DNA from: Saccostrea echinata
Taxonomy: Eukaryota
Assembly (NCBI RefSeq): GCF_033153115.1
Contig: NW_026889835.1
Location: 1,922,001 to 1,986,000 of the forward strand
Length of the DNA: 64,000 bases
Direction: 5' to 3'
The position numbers and the translations under genes are program-made. Position 1 is the stretch's first letter. Every line of letters starts with the position of its first letter. Below the pieces are notes generated by a model. That model was not told where the DNA came from and made no database searches. It saw nothing but the letters and a program-made list of their open reading frames with translations. Shown here piece by piece: positions 52,977 through 64,000 of this stretch.

Positions 52977-53162
52977 TGGACGAAAAATTCGATATGTAAT
53001 TTCAGTTTTCTAGACTATACTTAAATATATATTCTACTTTTCAGATCTTTGTAGCTTTCAAAGTTTGAAAGTACTAGTAGTTTTATCCCGGAACTTTAAG
53101 TCAGTAAAAGTACACTTTCCATACTATGTAGCATCGATAAAGGTCTTGGATGAAACAGATGA

Positions 53163-53927
53163 GTTTACACGCAGTTGTAATTTAATGACATTGCTTCATG
53201 CTTTGTGTTATATTTGATCAATTTTGCTATTAATATTCAAATCTTGTTATTCATATTTGAGAACTTATTTGATTTATATTTTAAATCCTATGATATTCCA
53301 AATTATTTTTATTTATATTCAAAAACTTATGTTCAAAAACTTGTTATTCATATTTGTAAACTTGTGAAAAAAAAATTGTACGTAAAAAGTTGCTGGTTAT
53401 ATATGGTGTGTTAAACGCTGCTTTATTCGATAATCTTATGCTGTACATTCAAAATCTTGTGATATATATTCAAAATCACAAGATACTGAACATACATCAC
53501 AAGATTTGAACATACATAACAAGGTATTGAACATACATCACAAGATTATGGAACATGCATAACAAGATATTGAACATACATCACAAGATTATGGAACATT
53601 CATCACAAGATATTGAATATACATCACAAGATTTTGAATATACATCACAAGATATTGAATATACATCACAAGATTATTGAATAAAGCAACGTTTTACATG
53701 TCAAAGTTCTATTTAAAAAATTATTATTTATACATATATGAATATCCAAAAACTTTTGATCTATATTCGAAAATATTGAGTATATTCTTATAATTTTTAT
53801 GCAACATAATCATAAGATTATTGACTATTTATCAAAAGTTTTTGCTTATGAATAAAAAGTTTTCAAATTTGAATATTCATTTTTGGCATGTAAGTCACAA
53901 GATTATCGAATACGAATTACAAGTTTT

Positions 53928-54011
<84 letters not shown>

Positions 54012-54146
54012 AATAAGATTAAGAATATGAATCATAAGTTAACAAATGTGAATGATAAGTTTTCGAATATGAATAACAAGATTTTGAATATAAATTAATA
54101 TTTACCAGAAATAATAAAGACAATCCCTTAATATGACGGGTAAACA
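53163..54146. mobile_element. Long-TIR foldback element with 21-bp internal repeats and (TA)n
   Basis: tattcaaatcttgttattcatatttgagaacttat (~53235) is inverted at ~54055-54090; (aacatacatcacaagatattg)n at 53475-53680. Confidence 0.7.
53930..54009. repeat. (TA)~40 microsatellite
   Basis: Direct observation. Confidence 0.98.
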
Positions 54147-55387
54147 TGCCTTTTTATTATATACCTGTACATACATGTACACATGTACATAAAATGCACT
54201 TGCCTTTTGGAAAATCGAACAAAATCTGACTGAAATACTGATTTCTAGTTCTACAGGTTATCTGTTCTTGGGAAAAACATTATTCTTCTGTAGCTCCTTT
54301 ATACTGTTTATCCAATAAAATAATGGACGTTTTCTTCAATCATGCTGAAAGTGCTTTATTGTAACACATTATGAAGAATTACAGACATATAATGGAAAGA
54401 GTAGTCTTCCTAGGCTCTCGAGGGACTCCGAAATTGATCTAGCGGAAACAAACTCGGAAAATGGAAGGCATCCCGGAAAATCTGAATTGAAACTGTATGT
54501 CCAATGTTTTATGTAGAAAGATTAAGCTGAGCAAAGGAACTCACCGAAGACCCACTCTGTTCTTTGTCAGAATTTGTGGAGGTAATATATGCGACCATTT
54601 GTTTAAAGGTCTGACAGGAATATTATTTCTAACATGAATTTATTTCAGATCTGAATTTCATGAGATTTCTTGCAAATGACTATGTCATTGAATTGAGTAG
54701 GTTTCATAGATTAATTAATTGTTAGAAATACCATCATTCTAAAAATTTAGAATAACTTTTAAACATCCACTACTTTAAATATTTGCCCCCTCTTTCTCGA
54801 TAATGTTCACGTGTAATGATTTTATGTTTTCCAATAATGCAAAAGGCCTACAGCAACTGGATTAAGAGGCTGTGACATAGCTAGCAAGAAACTGTTGCTA
54901 ATCATATGACCCACAGAGGGTACATGTATATATAAAACTGCAGTCAAGCAGCAGTGTCAATTGTGCCCGAGTCGTGGAAGACGGGAGTCAACAGGTTGTT
55001 TTGTCAGGTGGATTGCCTTATATTGGAGGCTTGTCACAGGTTATTGCCTAATACAGGAGACATGTCACATTTGATTATTTAGACCATTCTTTTGATGTTA
55101 AGTCAAGAGGCTTACCAAATTTAATTATTTAGACCATTCTCTTTTGGAGGTTGACTACAATTATAGTGGCTACAATTAATTTTAAGAGTTTGACCTCCTG
55201 AAGGTTCGCCTATCTCTTTGTCGTTCTTCCTTGATTAGGGAAGGTTCAAGGTAAGCAGCGCACTGCCCGTCCCAGAATAAGGCGTTAACACACTACTGCT
55301 TCTAGAGTTTGACCATCCTTATTGGGGTAAAGCTTGCCTTTATAATAGATGTTATACACGGTCTGAATGAGGTATGCTCCTATCTAG

Positions 55388-55715
55388 ATTGATTGATTGT
55401 TGTATGTTGTTTTACGTCCCTTTCTAGAATTTTTCACTTATGTAGAGATGTCACTACATACCGGTGAAGGGCTTCAAATTTAGACCTTTACTCGGCACTC
55501 AGGGCCATTGAGCAGTAAAGGTTCTTTATCGTGCCAACGTCTACCGTGACAAGGGGCCTTGGTTTTTTAAGGTCACATCCGAAAGACCCGCAACTTCACT
55601 TCAAAGTGCCGGGCGCTTGGCGAAAGAACAGTTGCTACCTATTTTTTTTTTATCGACTTAGGACAGTCGCGGCCGTGATTCGAACACGATCACGGAGCGA
55701 GCTTCTATCTAGAGG
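55388..55715 (-). mobile_element. tRNA-derived SINE
   Basis: Minus-strand B box gttcgaatc (~55677-55685); tail gggacgtaaaacaacatacaacaatcaatcaatc; related to the SINE at 27861. Confidence 0.8.
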
Positions 55716-55956
55716 ATTAATAAGTTAGGTCGACCAAATGTGATTTTATTCTAATTAAGGGAAGGGCCTATTTGTATATATTTTCAGATCAATAGTTTAG
55801 ATTGTTATACAATTAAAAATTTGTTCCTATGTAAATCTGTACTAAAAAGTCTAACATTTCCAATGTTTTACTAAGTGCGGGTACATCACGAAAGCCAGCA
55901 CAAGTTGCATGCCTGTCCCCCAAAAAATAAATTGATAAAAAATAATAATAATAATA

Positions 55957-57082
55957 ACTAGAGCAAAGCTCGTTGCTGGAGCAACAAGCAGGTCTTCCGT
56001 CTAATTCTACGAAGAAAATGAAGAACAGAAATGCAAATTAATATGTAAAAAAGAAAACAGTTCTGAAGAGCATTCGACTTAAAATTATGTGAGACGTTTT
56101 CGGGGACATTTACCATTCAATTACATGGAGATATTTGTAAAAAGAATCGATTGGTAACTGCTTCCGGTTAGACCGGAAGTGACGTCGATCGACAAAAAAT
56201 AAAGTCGGACGTCTCCAATGACTTTAACCAATCAATTTTCTGTCATTACCTACAAAAATAAGCCTTTTCTGACTACTTCCGGTTTGACCGGAAGTGACGT
56301 CGATCGGCGAAAAATGAGTTTGGACGCTTCCGATGTCTCAAAGCAATCAACAACGTGTACAAAACTTCAAAAATATGCATTTTCTGACTACTTCCTGTTT
56401 TACCGGAAGTGACGTCATAAGACGACTTTTGCTGATCTCTTCAGCTGCCACTTGTAATTTTGAACAACTTTGCTTCAATAATGTGTCACAAATTTTCAAT
56501 CGTTTTTAAAATATTTAGAAAAAACTTTCGGCGCCTCTAGGTACCATATTTTAGGGACCAGCCCCTTTTTGTTGATATTGAATGAAAGATCGTGTAGTTA
56601 TGAACAAATTTTGTTCTACATGTTTTAACAAATTATTTACAGGTAAAAAGATATTGTAGAAAAAACATTGAAAATTTTGAAATTTTCGATATGTCTTTTT
56701 TTTGGACCATAGCGAGTGCCGAGGTGCGGCATTTCCGGTAAAAATGAAATGCCTTACGCATATCTGCAGACAATGGTCTATCATACCTGAAAGTTTCATG
56801 ATTCTATCTAGAGCCATTTATGAGAAAATTTCCGGACAACCCGACCCTTCAAAAATCATTTAATCGACAATATCTCCAGACCGGAAGTGACATCATCAAA
56901 ACAGAAAAAAACGCATAAGGTTCAAGTGATGATACATAAGTCCTGAAACTTTCACGGAAATCCATCAAGCCGTTTTTGAGAAATCGCGTGCACAAAATCG
57001 GTAAGAAAAACAATAATAAAAGTGAGAAAGAAACCTAAGAATAACAAGAAGGTCTTCCGCTGAAGACAGAAGACCTTAATAA
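55957..57082 (-). mobile_element. Helentron-like element with CCGGAAGTGACGTC repeats
   Basis: End hairpins gctcgttgctggagcaac and aaggtcttccgctgaagacagaagacctt; the ggtcttccg subterminal repeat is present at both ends. Confidence 0.7.
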
Positions 57083-57083
57083 A

Positions 57084-57260
57084 AGGTATAAAATGATATA
57101 ACAAAAATTTATTGACTGGGTTCGAGAGCAAAATGCGTTTGTCGACCCCTCGAACCAAACTGACTGCCTTCGGCCTAAAGGTCTCAGACAAACAGTTTGG
57201 ATCCGACAAAACGCATGTTGCCTTCGAACCCAGTCAATAAATGTATAGTATTGTCCAATC
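57084..57260. mobile_element. Foldback hairpin (Crypton-like element end)
   Basis: atttattgactgggttcga...atgcgtttgtcg / cgacaaaacgcat...tcgaacccagtcaataaat. Confidence 0.7.
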
Positions 57261-60200
57261 ATTTTAGAGAGGAAAACTATATTACTCATTTAATAGAGAA
57301 AAATAATTTATTTGTTAAATTAATCCAAACCCCCAGATCCTGGAATCAACCGGGTACGAACCCCCTTGGCAGGATACAAATGTTTGCAACAGAAATCTTA
57401 CTTTACTTTTTTCTATCTAGCATACTTATCAGAAACATGATTGGGGAATATCGACCCACGTCACCTATCGACAAATCAATAAAGAAAGCTAAAAAACAAA
57501 TGAACATCGGACAGCAACATCAGATATCACGCATCTTATCCTGTCTATTTACAGCATTAGGAAGTTTATCCTCGGAAGAGGCCATAAAACACAGATAAAA
57601 AGTAAAATGATACGTTCCTTCGGCTAAGTATTGGCATAAGAATACATATAAAGCAATCATATTACGACATCAATATTCATATACGGTATTCGACATCCTA
57701 TATAGGGGGAAAATGGGGGATAGCAAATAACATTGTTTAAAAACATGACATCTTATCCTCCGAATTTTATGCATCTTTAATGTACAGGTTTTGTTCTCTT
57801 TATGTATGCAGGGTTTACGAAATATTCTTTCAGTCTAGACAGAACATAATGTCATCATTAAAAAAAAGCTGCGATAATTCTTTTGACCAAAATTTAAAGA
57901 TAACTTATTTTAAGATTTAGGCTCAGGTAAATGTTTAAGAGAAGTTTTGTCCCTCGTCCATTTATTCAACTTCTTTTCCAAAAACCTTTGAAGAAAACGT
58001 ACCAAAAATCAATTAACAGTTAAAGAAATTCTACTTTGTTCAACAAATGACTGACGGTGTCCAACAAAGGATGTTAATCCAGAAATATTGGAAATTTCTA
58101 AGGACTACATAACCAGTGCTTCAGTGATATTGGTCTTCATAGAAGATTATTTGTTTCAATATGTGCACTGTAGAATATCAGGCCAAGTATTACAAGCAAG
58201 CAGCTTGTAAACATGCTAAAGTTTTTTAGTTTGGGATTACAGTAAATTTATGAAAGCCACAATCTGGGATGGGGGCGGCGGAATTCGGGGATTACCACGA
58301 ATGGGGATTTCTTTTATGTCAACATGGCTCAAAACTGGGTAATCAAATAAATTTTATGCAGTAAATGAATTTCTGGTCTTGGCCCTTAACCTTTTTAACT
58401 CGACATCAATCGCGGTCTTCTTAAATTTAGAGAGAGTTACGACATAGATTTCATTGCAAAAGCAGCTCCAAAAGAATTGATTTCTGATTAACAATGAGAT
58501 ATTGAAATCATTTCCAGGCTCCAACCTTAGAGCTCTAGATTGCAATGAATTCAAATCGGTTGTAGGTGACAGTCTGATGGTGTGTCATATATATCTTAAA
58601 GATCAAGGATATTGGACAATACGAAATTATTGTACACATCTTTAGTCAATTTGAACCATCGAATACAATATAATGAATATATTCAATCTTTTATCAAGGA
58701 CAAATAGTCAACGTCATGTGGTGATGATAGATACGAGAATAATTAGGGAATATGATCAATATTTCAATTGGATCACCAAGGAAGAAGGCTTTGATTTTGC
58801 TTCTTTTTTTCCCCTACTTTTTGAGTTTTAATATAAAGGATAGTAATTCCAAAAATTTCCATGTTTTATTTGAAAACTCTGTATTAGAATCGTTTTCAAG
58901 CCAATGACAAATAGCGATCTCCTTGAATTTACAGTACAGTTTAATACTAGGCACCATTTTGTAGTCACATTATATGAGCATGCAGTCTTAATTTTCCTTT
59001 TGTCACGATAACTTACAACAATAGTATTGGACATTGTTGTACGAGAAATAGAATTCGGAGACAAAAAAAAAAAAAATCTCCAAAGCACAAGAAAAATCCT
59101 ACAACATATTGAGAAGGAATTGAAATCACATTGTATTTCATGTCCATTTGATAACACTAGTAGTGCACTGGGATTTATTTGTTTCTGTTGTTTGGCTTTT
59201 TTGACAATTCTTTGCAGAAAGTGATCCAAAAAATAGTGAATGACATGTTGTCGAATAGGAAATACACGTTTTCGAACATGAATGATATATTTTGAAATAG
59301 GAATCATATTTCTTCCAATAGGAATAACAATTTATCGATACAGCGACCTTAGTAATTCATCTACAGATTTTTAAATGAAGTATCAATTTTATTGTCAGTA
59401 TATTTTTCACAAATACATACAAGATGAAAATAAATATAGCAGCCAAGAAAGGAGAGAAAATAGGCATCGTAAAACAATTCCTTTGCATGTTGTAAATTGC
59501 TCATGAGTTCAGAAGCATTTAACCTGTAAAACCAGTCACATTTCCTCTTTTACGTAAATACACCTATCAGCTGCACTCTATAGCCGGACTGACGGTCGAC
59601 ATCATAGATCGTTTATTCTGTTAAAACTTATTTATGGTTGATCGAAAAAGTAAAAAGTCGCTTACAAAGAAGTTTTCTCTAGAATACTGTTAACTATGTC
59701 ATCCATTGGTCGACAATGGCATCGATTTGGACGGAAGACGCCACCTCAAAGGCCCCTGGGAAATGTTCCGATAGACAGAAAGATGAAAAAAATAATTACT
59801 TTGTAAATTACAAATTATCTGAAATTTACTGGACCTTGCAGACATAATATGTCTTCATGAAAACCAATCTCTGCCTGGTTGTGGGACGGGGTTCTATGGT
59901 CTGGTAATTATTGGTCATTAAGGAAGAAAATGGCATGTCAGCATGCACTTACAGGCAGAAACGCTTCCTTGATGATTTAATTTAGAAGAATCAAATTACA
60001 TTTCGATTAAAACTTCAACTGAAGCACAGCAAAAACCAAAGTATTTAATATTTTTAGTTCGATCTTTTCTGTCGGTGATAGTCAAATTTAGTCGATTTTG
60101 AACATAGAGCAAGGATTTTCAAACAAACAGTATTAGACAAGAAATGAAATGTATGCATAAAAAATCAATTTTTATGGATAGAGTCGTGATAAGAAGTAAT

Positions 60201-60501
60201 GCATTTTTGCAAATCACATAGGCACACACATAATAACAAAATATGACATCTATTATCCCTGTAATGTGGCTTATCTCATGACAGTGAATAATCCTGTAAT
60301 TTGTATGAAAGAGTGTGTGTTGAAGAATCATTAACTGAAACAAAATCCAAGCAAAGAGCACATAAAGCAAGTCTGGAATGATTAAAAACTTTCTAAAGAA
60401 AGTTGGGGGCACATTCTTGTTATTCCAGTCCGTTGTCTGTCACATTATCTTCCTCCTCAAACTCTTAAAAAACAAGCATTCTGAGAGTATTGCATTAGCA
60501 A

Positions 60502-60941
60502 TACTAGTACCCTACCGGCAAGTGTAATCTGGTTCCCGTTAAAAATTGAAAATGCCATAATTCCGTCGAAAATCAATGAAGCAGAACGAAATACAATCTT
60601 GATCTCTAACTCATCAAGGTATAGTCACATACCAAAAATCAGCTCAATATTTGCAAGCGTTTAGAAAAAAAAATGTGGAAAATCCTTAAAAATTGAAATG
60701 GTCGTAATTCCGTCAAAAATCATTGAAGCGGAACGAAATGTAAACCTTGATCTGTAACTCATCAAGATACATGCACAAACTAAAAATCAGCTCAATATCT
60801 GCAAGCGTTTAGAAAAAAGTGCGTAAAACCAAGTGGGACAGACTGACAGACAGACAGAGGGACAGCTAGACAGACAGACGGACGGACAGACTCAGAAGAA
60901 ACCTATAGTCCCCTCCGGTTTCATCGGTAGGGGACTAATAA
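60502..60941 (-). mobile_element. pearl/CvA-like element (two ~147-bp core repeats, GACA/GACG microsatellite, terminal hairpin)
   Basis: Duplicated ttaaaaattgaaa...aattccgtc...aaaaatcagctcaatat; (gaca)n at 60837-60890; hairpin tagtcccctccggtttcatcggtaggggacta. Confidence 0.75.
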
Positions 60942-61060
60942 CAGCGGCAAAATCATCGCTTGGAATACTAGACTTTCACCCGTGTACGCATGGGTGGAGG
61001 AAGTTCTGAATCGATTAGCAAAGAGTAAGGTTCACTCAGGGACTTTTTTGGCCCTGTATA

Positions 61061-62211
61061 CGAGTTCGCGAACTATCTCTATATTTACGAAACCACAATT
61101 CAGATCAAAATGAAATTTGGCACACATTTAGTCATACACATGTTCTATAAATAGCAGATGTTATTAATACGCGAGTTTCGAGATTGTAACTCTCCTACGA
61201 TAGAGGCGCAAAAAGTATCTACATCAGCATGGAAGTGGGACAGGTTGTTATTGTATACAAACTTGCATAAATAAAAGAACGATTGCTATGGCTTTTAAAA
61301 TTCATTTGATGTTATAAAAAGATGATAATGCTAAGGAGTGATCGTTTTGATAATTTTGTAAAGCTCTTCTATGTATATGTACAAAATTTATTTTAAATAT
61401 GATACTTGAAAACGAAAGAACCGTCATAGTCTTTATAAAAAAAATAATTCTTTGATTGTACAAACCTTTTTTGAAAAGTTATTGGGCTCTTTGAAGTTAT
61501 TATAAGGAAAAGAGTCATTCAGAATGCCGACGTACTGTGATCAGGTGCGTGTGTATTTATTAGAGATCCATATAGATCTATTCCTTCGTTGGATGTTTTA
61601 TCCACTGATACATATTTTCTTTTGTTCCGATTTTTATTTTCTTCTTGTTCCGTTTTCTTTCTTTTTTTTTGCGTAGAAAAAAAAAATTACGCCTTTACTT
61701 TAATTCAGTAATAAGTATATCCCGTCCCACCTGCCTGCTTACGCGGAAACAAAACTCCCCTCCGTAACGAAAGAGCGCACCAAGGGAGATAATCTCGAAA
61801 CTTGCGTAATGGATTGATTGTCTTAATGAAGATACATTAAATAAACGACGCTCCCGAGACAGAGGACTCGGATTGTGATGGTCACCATAATAATTCTGGG
61901 AAGGGATATCCTTATCCACCCATCCTATTGCCGAGATTTGGCCATTTCTGATAGATGGTCTGTTCTTGTTATAAAGGAATAACTTGCATGGAAAGAAATA
62001 TAAGACACGGAAAAATCTCTTAGCTTCTGTGAACAGACCGCTACGGGGCATGTCACGTGACCGCCTGTATCACGTGATTCGCGCATGGGCAGAACAATGG
62101 CAGATGTGCATTAAAATCGGAGAGGACTACTTTAAAAAATAACTGAAACCTCATTATATTTGTTTTAGGGAAGTAATTCAATTAGTTTGCGAACTTTTTA
62201 ACCACCCCTCG
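61061..62211. mobile_element. Non-autonomous mariner-type element
   Basis: TA|CGAG[del]TTCGCGAACTA left end; TAGTTTGCGAACTTTTTAACCACCCCTCG|TA right end. Confidence 0.65.
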
Positions 62212-62789
62212 TATTTCTGAAAAAGTGAAACTGCTTAGTTTTAGTTGGAAATGCATTAAATATCATTTAGACCTTTGGTAGCCGTGTATCTATAAAAATG
62301 ACGCAAATGCTTAAGTGAGCATGTGGTCCATGGAACTTTTATTTCAGTATTTAAAATAATGAATTAATTACAAGTTTGAAGTTTAAGAATTTAATGAAGC
62401 ATAGTTTTTGTTTAAAAATGGAGTTATGGGAAGAAGATTCTTGTGGAAAAAAGCGCTTTAAATTTTTGGGCCTAATTTGGCTCCCATGTGAAAATAAAAA
62501 TTCTGGCCTACAGGACACAACCAATCTTCTAAAAGATTTGTCTACTGCATAAAATGTAATCAAGTTCTAGTTTAAACACGTCCTTTTTCGACATCGCCCC
62601 CTTCATATTGGTCTCACTGGGTGTTCTGGTAAACAGGTTTTATTATTGATCTTCCTTTTGGGTTAAATAAAAAGTGCACCTATGTTTCTCACCCATCACT
62701 CTTGGAAGTTTATTATATCTTCTTTTGTTATAATATTTTTTAAAAAGTAGATCCTTGGTACACTAATTTCTGTTTTTTTTCTAAAGGCA

Positions 62790-63367
62790 TCTGAAAGGAA
62801 TGAGACACTCATCTAACAGAAATAGACATGCATACTTTAGATTAATTTCCTTTGTCAGAATTATGATCTTTTGTTGTGATGGAATGTTTAGTGTCTTAGT
62901 ACTTAATGTCTTTCAGCGCAAGTTGAGCATTTTCAGATATAATTTTGCTCACAGCATCGATATATTTTGGTGTCCCTACAGGTTTAAATCCACCAGTTCG
63001 ATTGCAATCTTTGAACTCTCCTGCCCACTTTTGAATTTCTTCATCCATCTGTGAAAGACTAGTCTTTCCAAATACCTAAAACCATATCTTCATGTGGGTT
63101 CTTCAGCGATTTTTGTAATAAAGCGCAGATTTCGCAAAGGCCCTGATTTCCATGTACTTGGAAGAGGTCATTTTTAAAACAGTTTTTAGCTCACTGAAGT
63201 GACCATGCTTACTTTAAAAGTAAATTTCTTTTCGAAGACAGTGGCAAAAAAGCATGCGGTTTATTAGGAGCTCTTAAATAGAACTATTCGAATGTGAAAA
63301 AAATAAACTGCTTCTACATTTTTTATGAAAAACCATGCGTTGCATTATTTATTAAACGACCCTCTTA
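62790..63367 (-). pseudogene. Degraded mariner transposase N-terminus with 5' TIR
   Basis: Minus-strand pieces MEIRAFAK, VFHRWMKKFKSGQES, TPKYIDAVSKIISEN, ILTKEINLK and VR*VSH (WVPHEL-like); TIR-like tttattaaacgaccctctta at ~63348-63367. Confidence 0.7.
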
Positions 63368-63461
63368 TCTTGCAACAGTATATACGAAACGGGTACAATA
63401 TTTATGAAATGATCATTTAGAAACTCTAACTTGATCCGAAACTCACTAACAAACAAAAACG

Positions 63462-63622
63462 TACTTACTTATTTACTGCCCGTGACGCCTTTGGCGTATA
63501 GGGCAGTAACGGGGTTCTCCATCCTTGTCTATCACTGGCTAGCTTTTGGAGTGTGCCCCAGCTTCTCTTTTGTTCTTTAAGTTCAGCTTCCACTGTCTGC
63601 CGCCAAGTGACTTTGGGCCTTC
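63462..63622 (-). mobile_element. RTE-clade LINE 3' end
   Basis: Minus strand encodes RPKVTWRQTVEAELKEQKRSWGTLQKLASDRQGWR followed by a (TAAG)n tail. Confidence 0.8.
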
Positions 63623-63720
63623 TTTCAAAAAACATACATGTAGCTTATTTCAGCTTTTACAAAAGGAGGGACACGCCTGCAAACATTAACTTACGATCAT
63701 TGTTTTATGTAACAGCAAAA

Positions 63721-64000
63721 GGGCTGGGTATCGGCTGGGAATTTCGTATTGCGATATATTGCGATATTTTAAACTGTATTGCGATATGTATTGCAATATT
63801 TTTAATAACAGTTAAAATGTTATTTTCTTATTTTATTAACCTCCATTTAGAATCAAGAGTGAATAAAACTACTTGTGTTTTATAAATACATTGTAGCAAA
63901 AAAAAGTTCTTGTAGATTTCACTTCAGTTTTGCAACGAAATACAACCATACAACAGCAACCTTATTGTTTGGCATGATTGAAAGCGTTTCTGGCATCTTA
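63721..64000. mobile_element. Left part of a hAT-like MITE (runs off the window)
   Basis: gggctgggtatcg start followed by tattgcgata subterminal repeats. Confidence 0.55.

Noticed and set aside
53821-54098. YIYIYI ORFs
   Set aside because: Translation of the (TA)n microsatellite.
54871-55292. LTR-like segment (TGTGACA...TGTCACA, TATA box)
   Set aside because: No TSD or consistent end found.
58828-60412. 159-aa and 97-aa minus-strand ORFs
   Set aside because: AT-rich with low-complexity tracts, no domain motif and no supported splice structure. A BLASTX search would settle it.
61695-62051. 118-aa minus-strand ORF
   Set aside because: Lies inside a TIR-bounded non-autonomous element and shows no recognisable homology.

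Overview
Eukaryotic, AT-rich, intron-rich DNA, most likely from an oyster (Ostreidae). This is inferred from Helentron-type elements carrying ~166-bp Cg170/HindIII-like repeats. Bases 1-20916 hold the 3' 35 coding exons of BTAF1/Mot1 (TBP-associated SNF2 ATPase, + strand); the gene start lies upstream of the window. The gene has a U12 minor-spliceosome intron, two probable GC-AG introns and a 60-bp duplicated splice acceptor. The remainder is mostly nested transposons: Helentrons, MITEs, tRNA-SINEs, a solo LTR, Penelope-like RT, mariner and RTE relics. It also contains one intact single-coding-exon gene of unknown family (47574-47999), with candidate non-coding 5' exons and nearby kappaB sites. 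Most unusual signals: a Helentron whose tandem unit carries perfect AGGTCAnnnTGACCT (ERE-type) palindromes with variable spacers, a second element carrying ETS-CRE composite motifs, and the orphan gene. All calls were made by eye; no searches were run.
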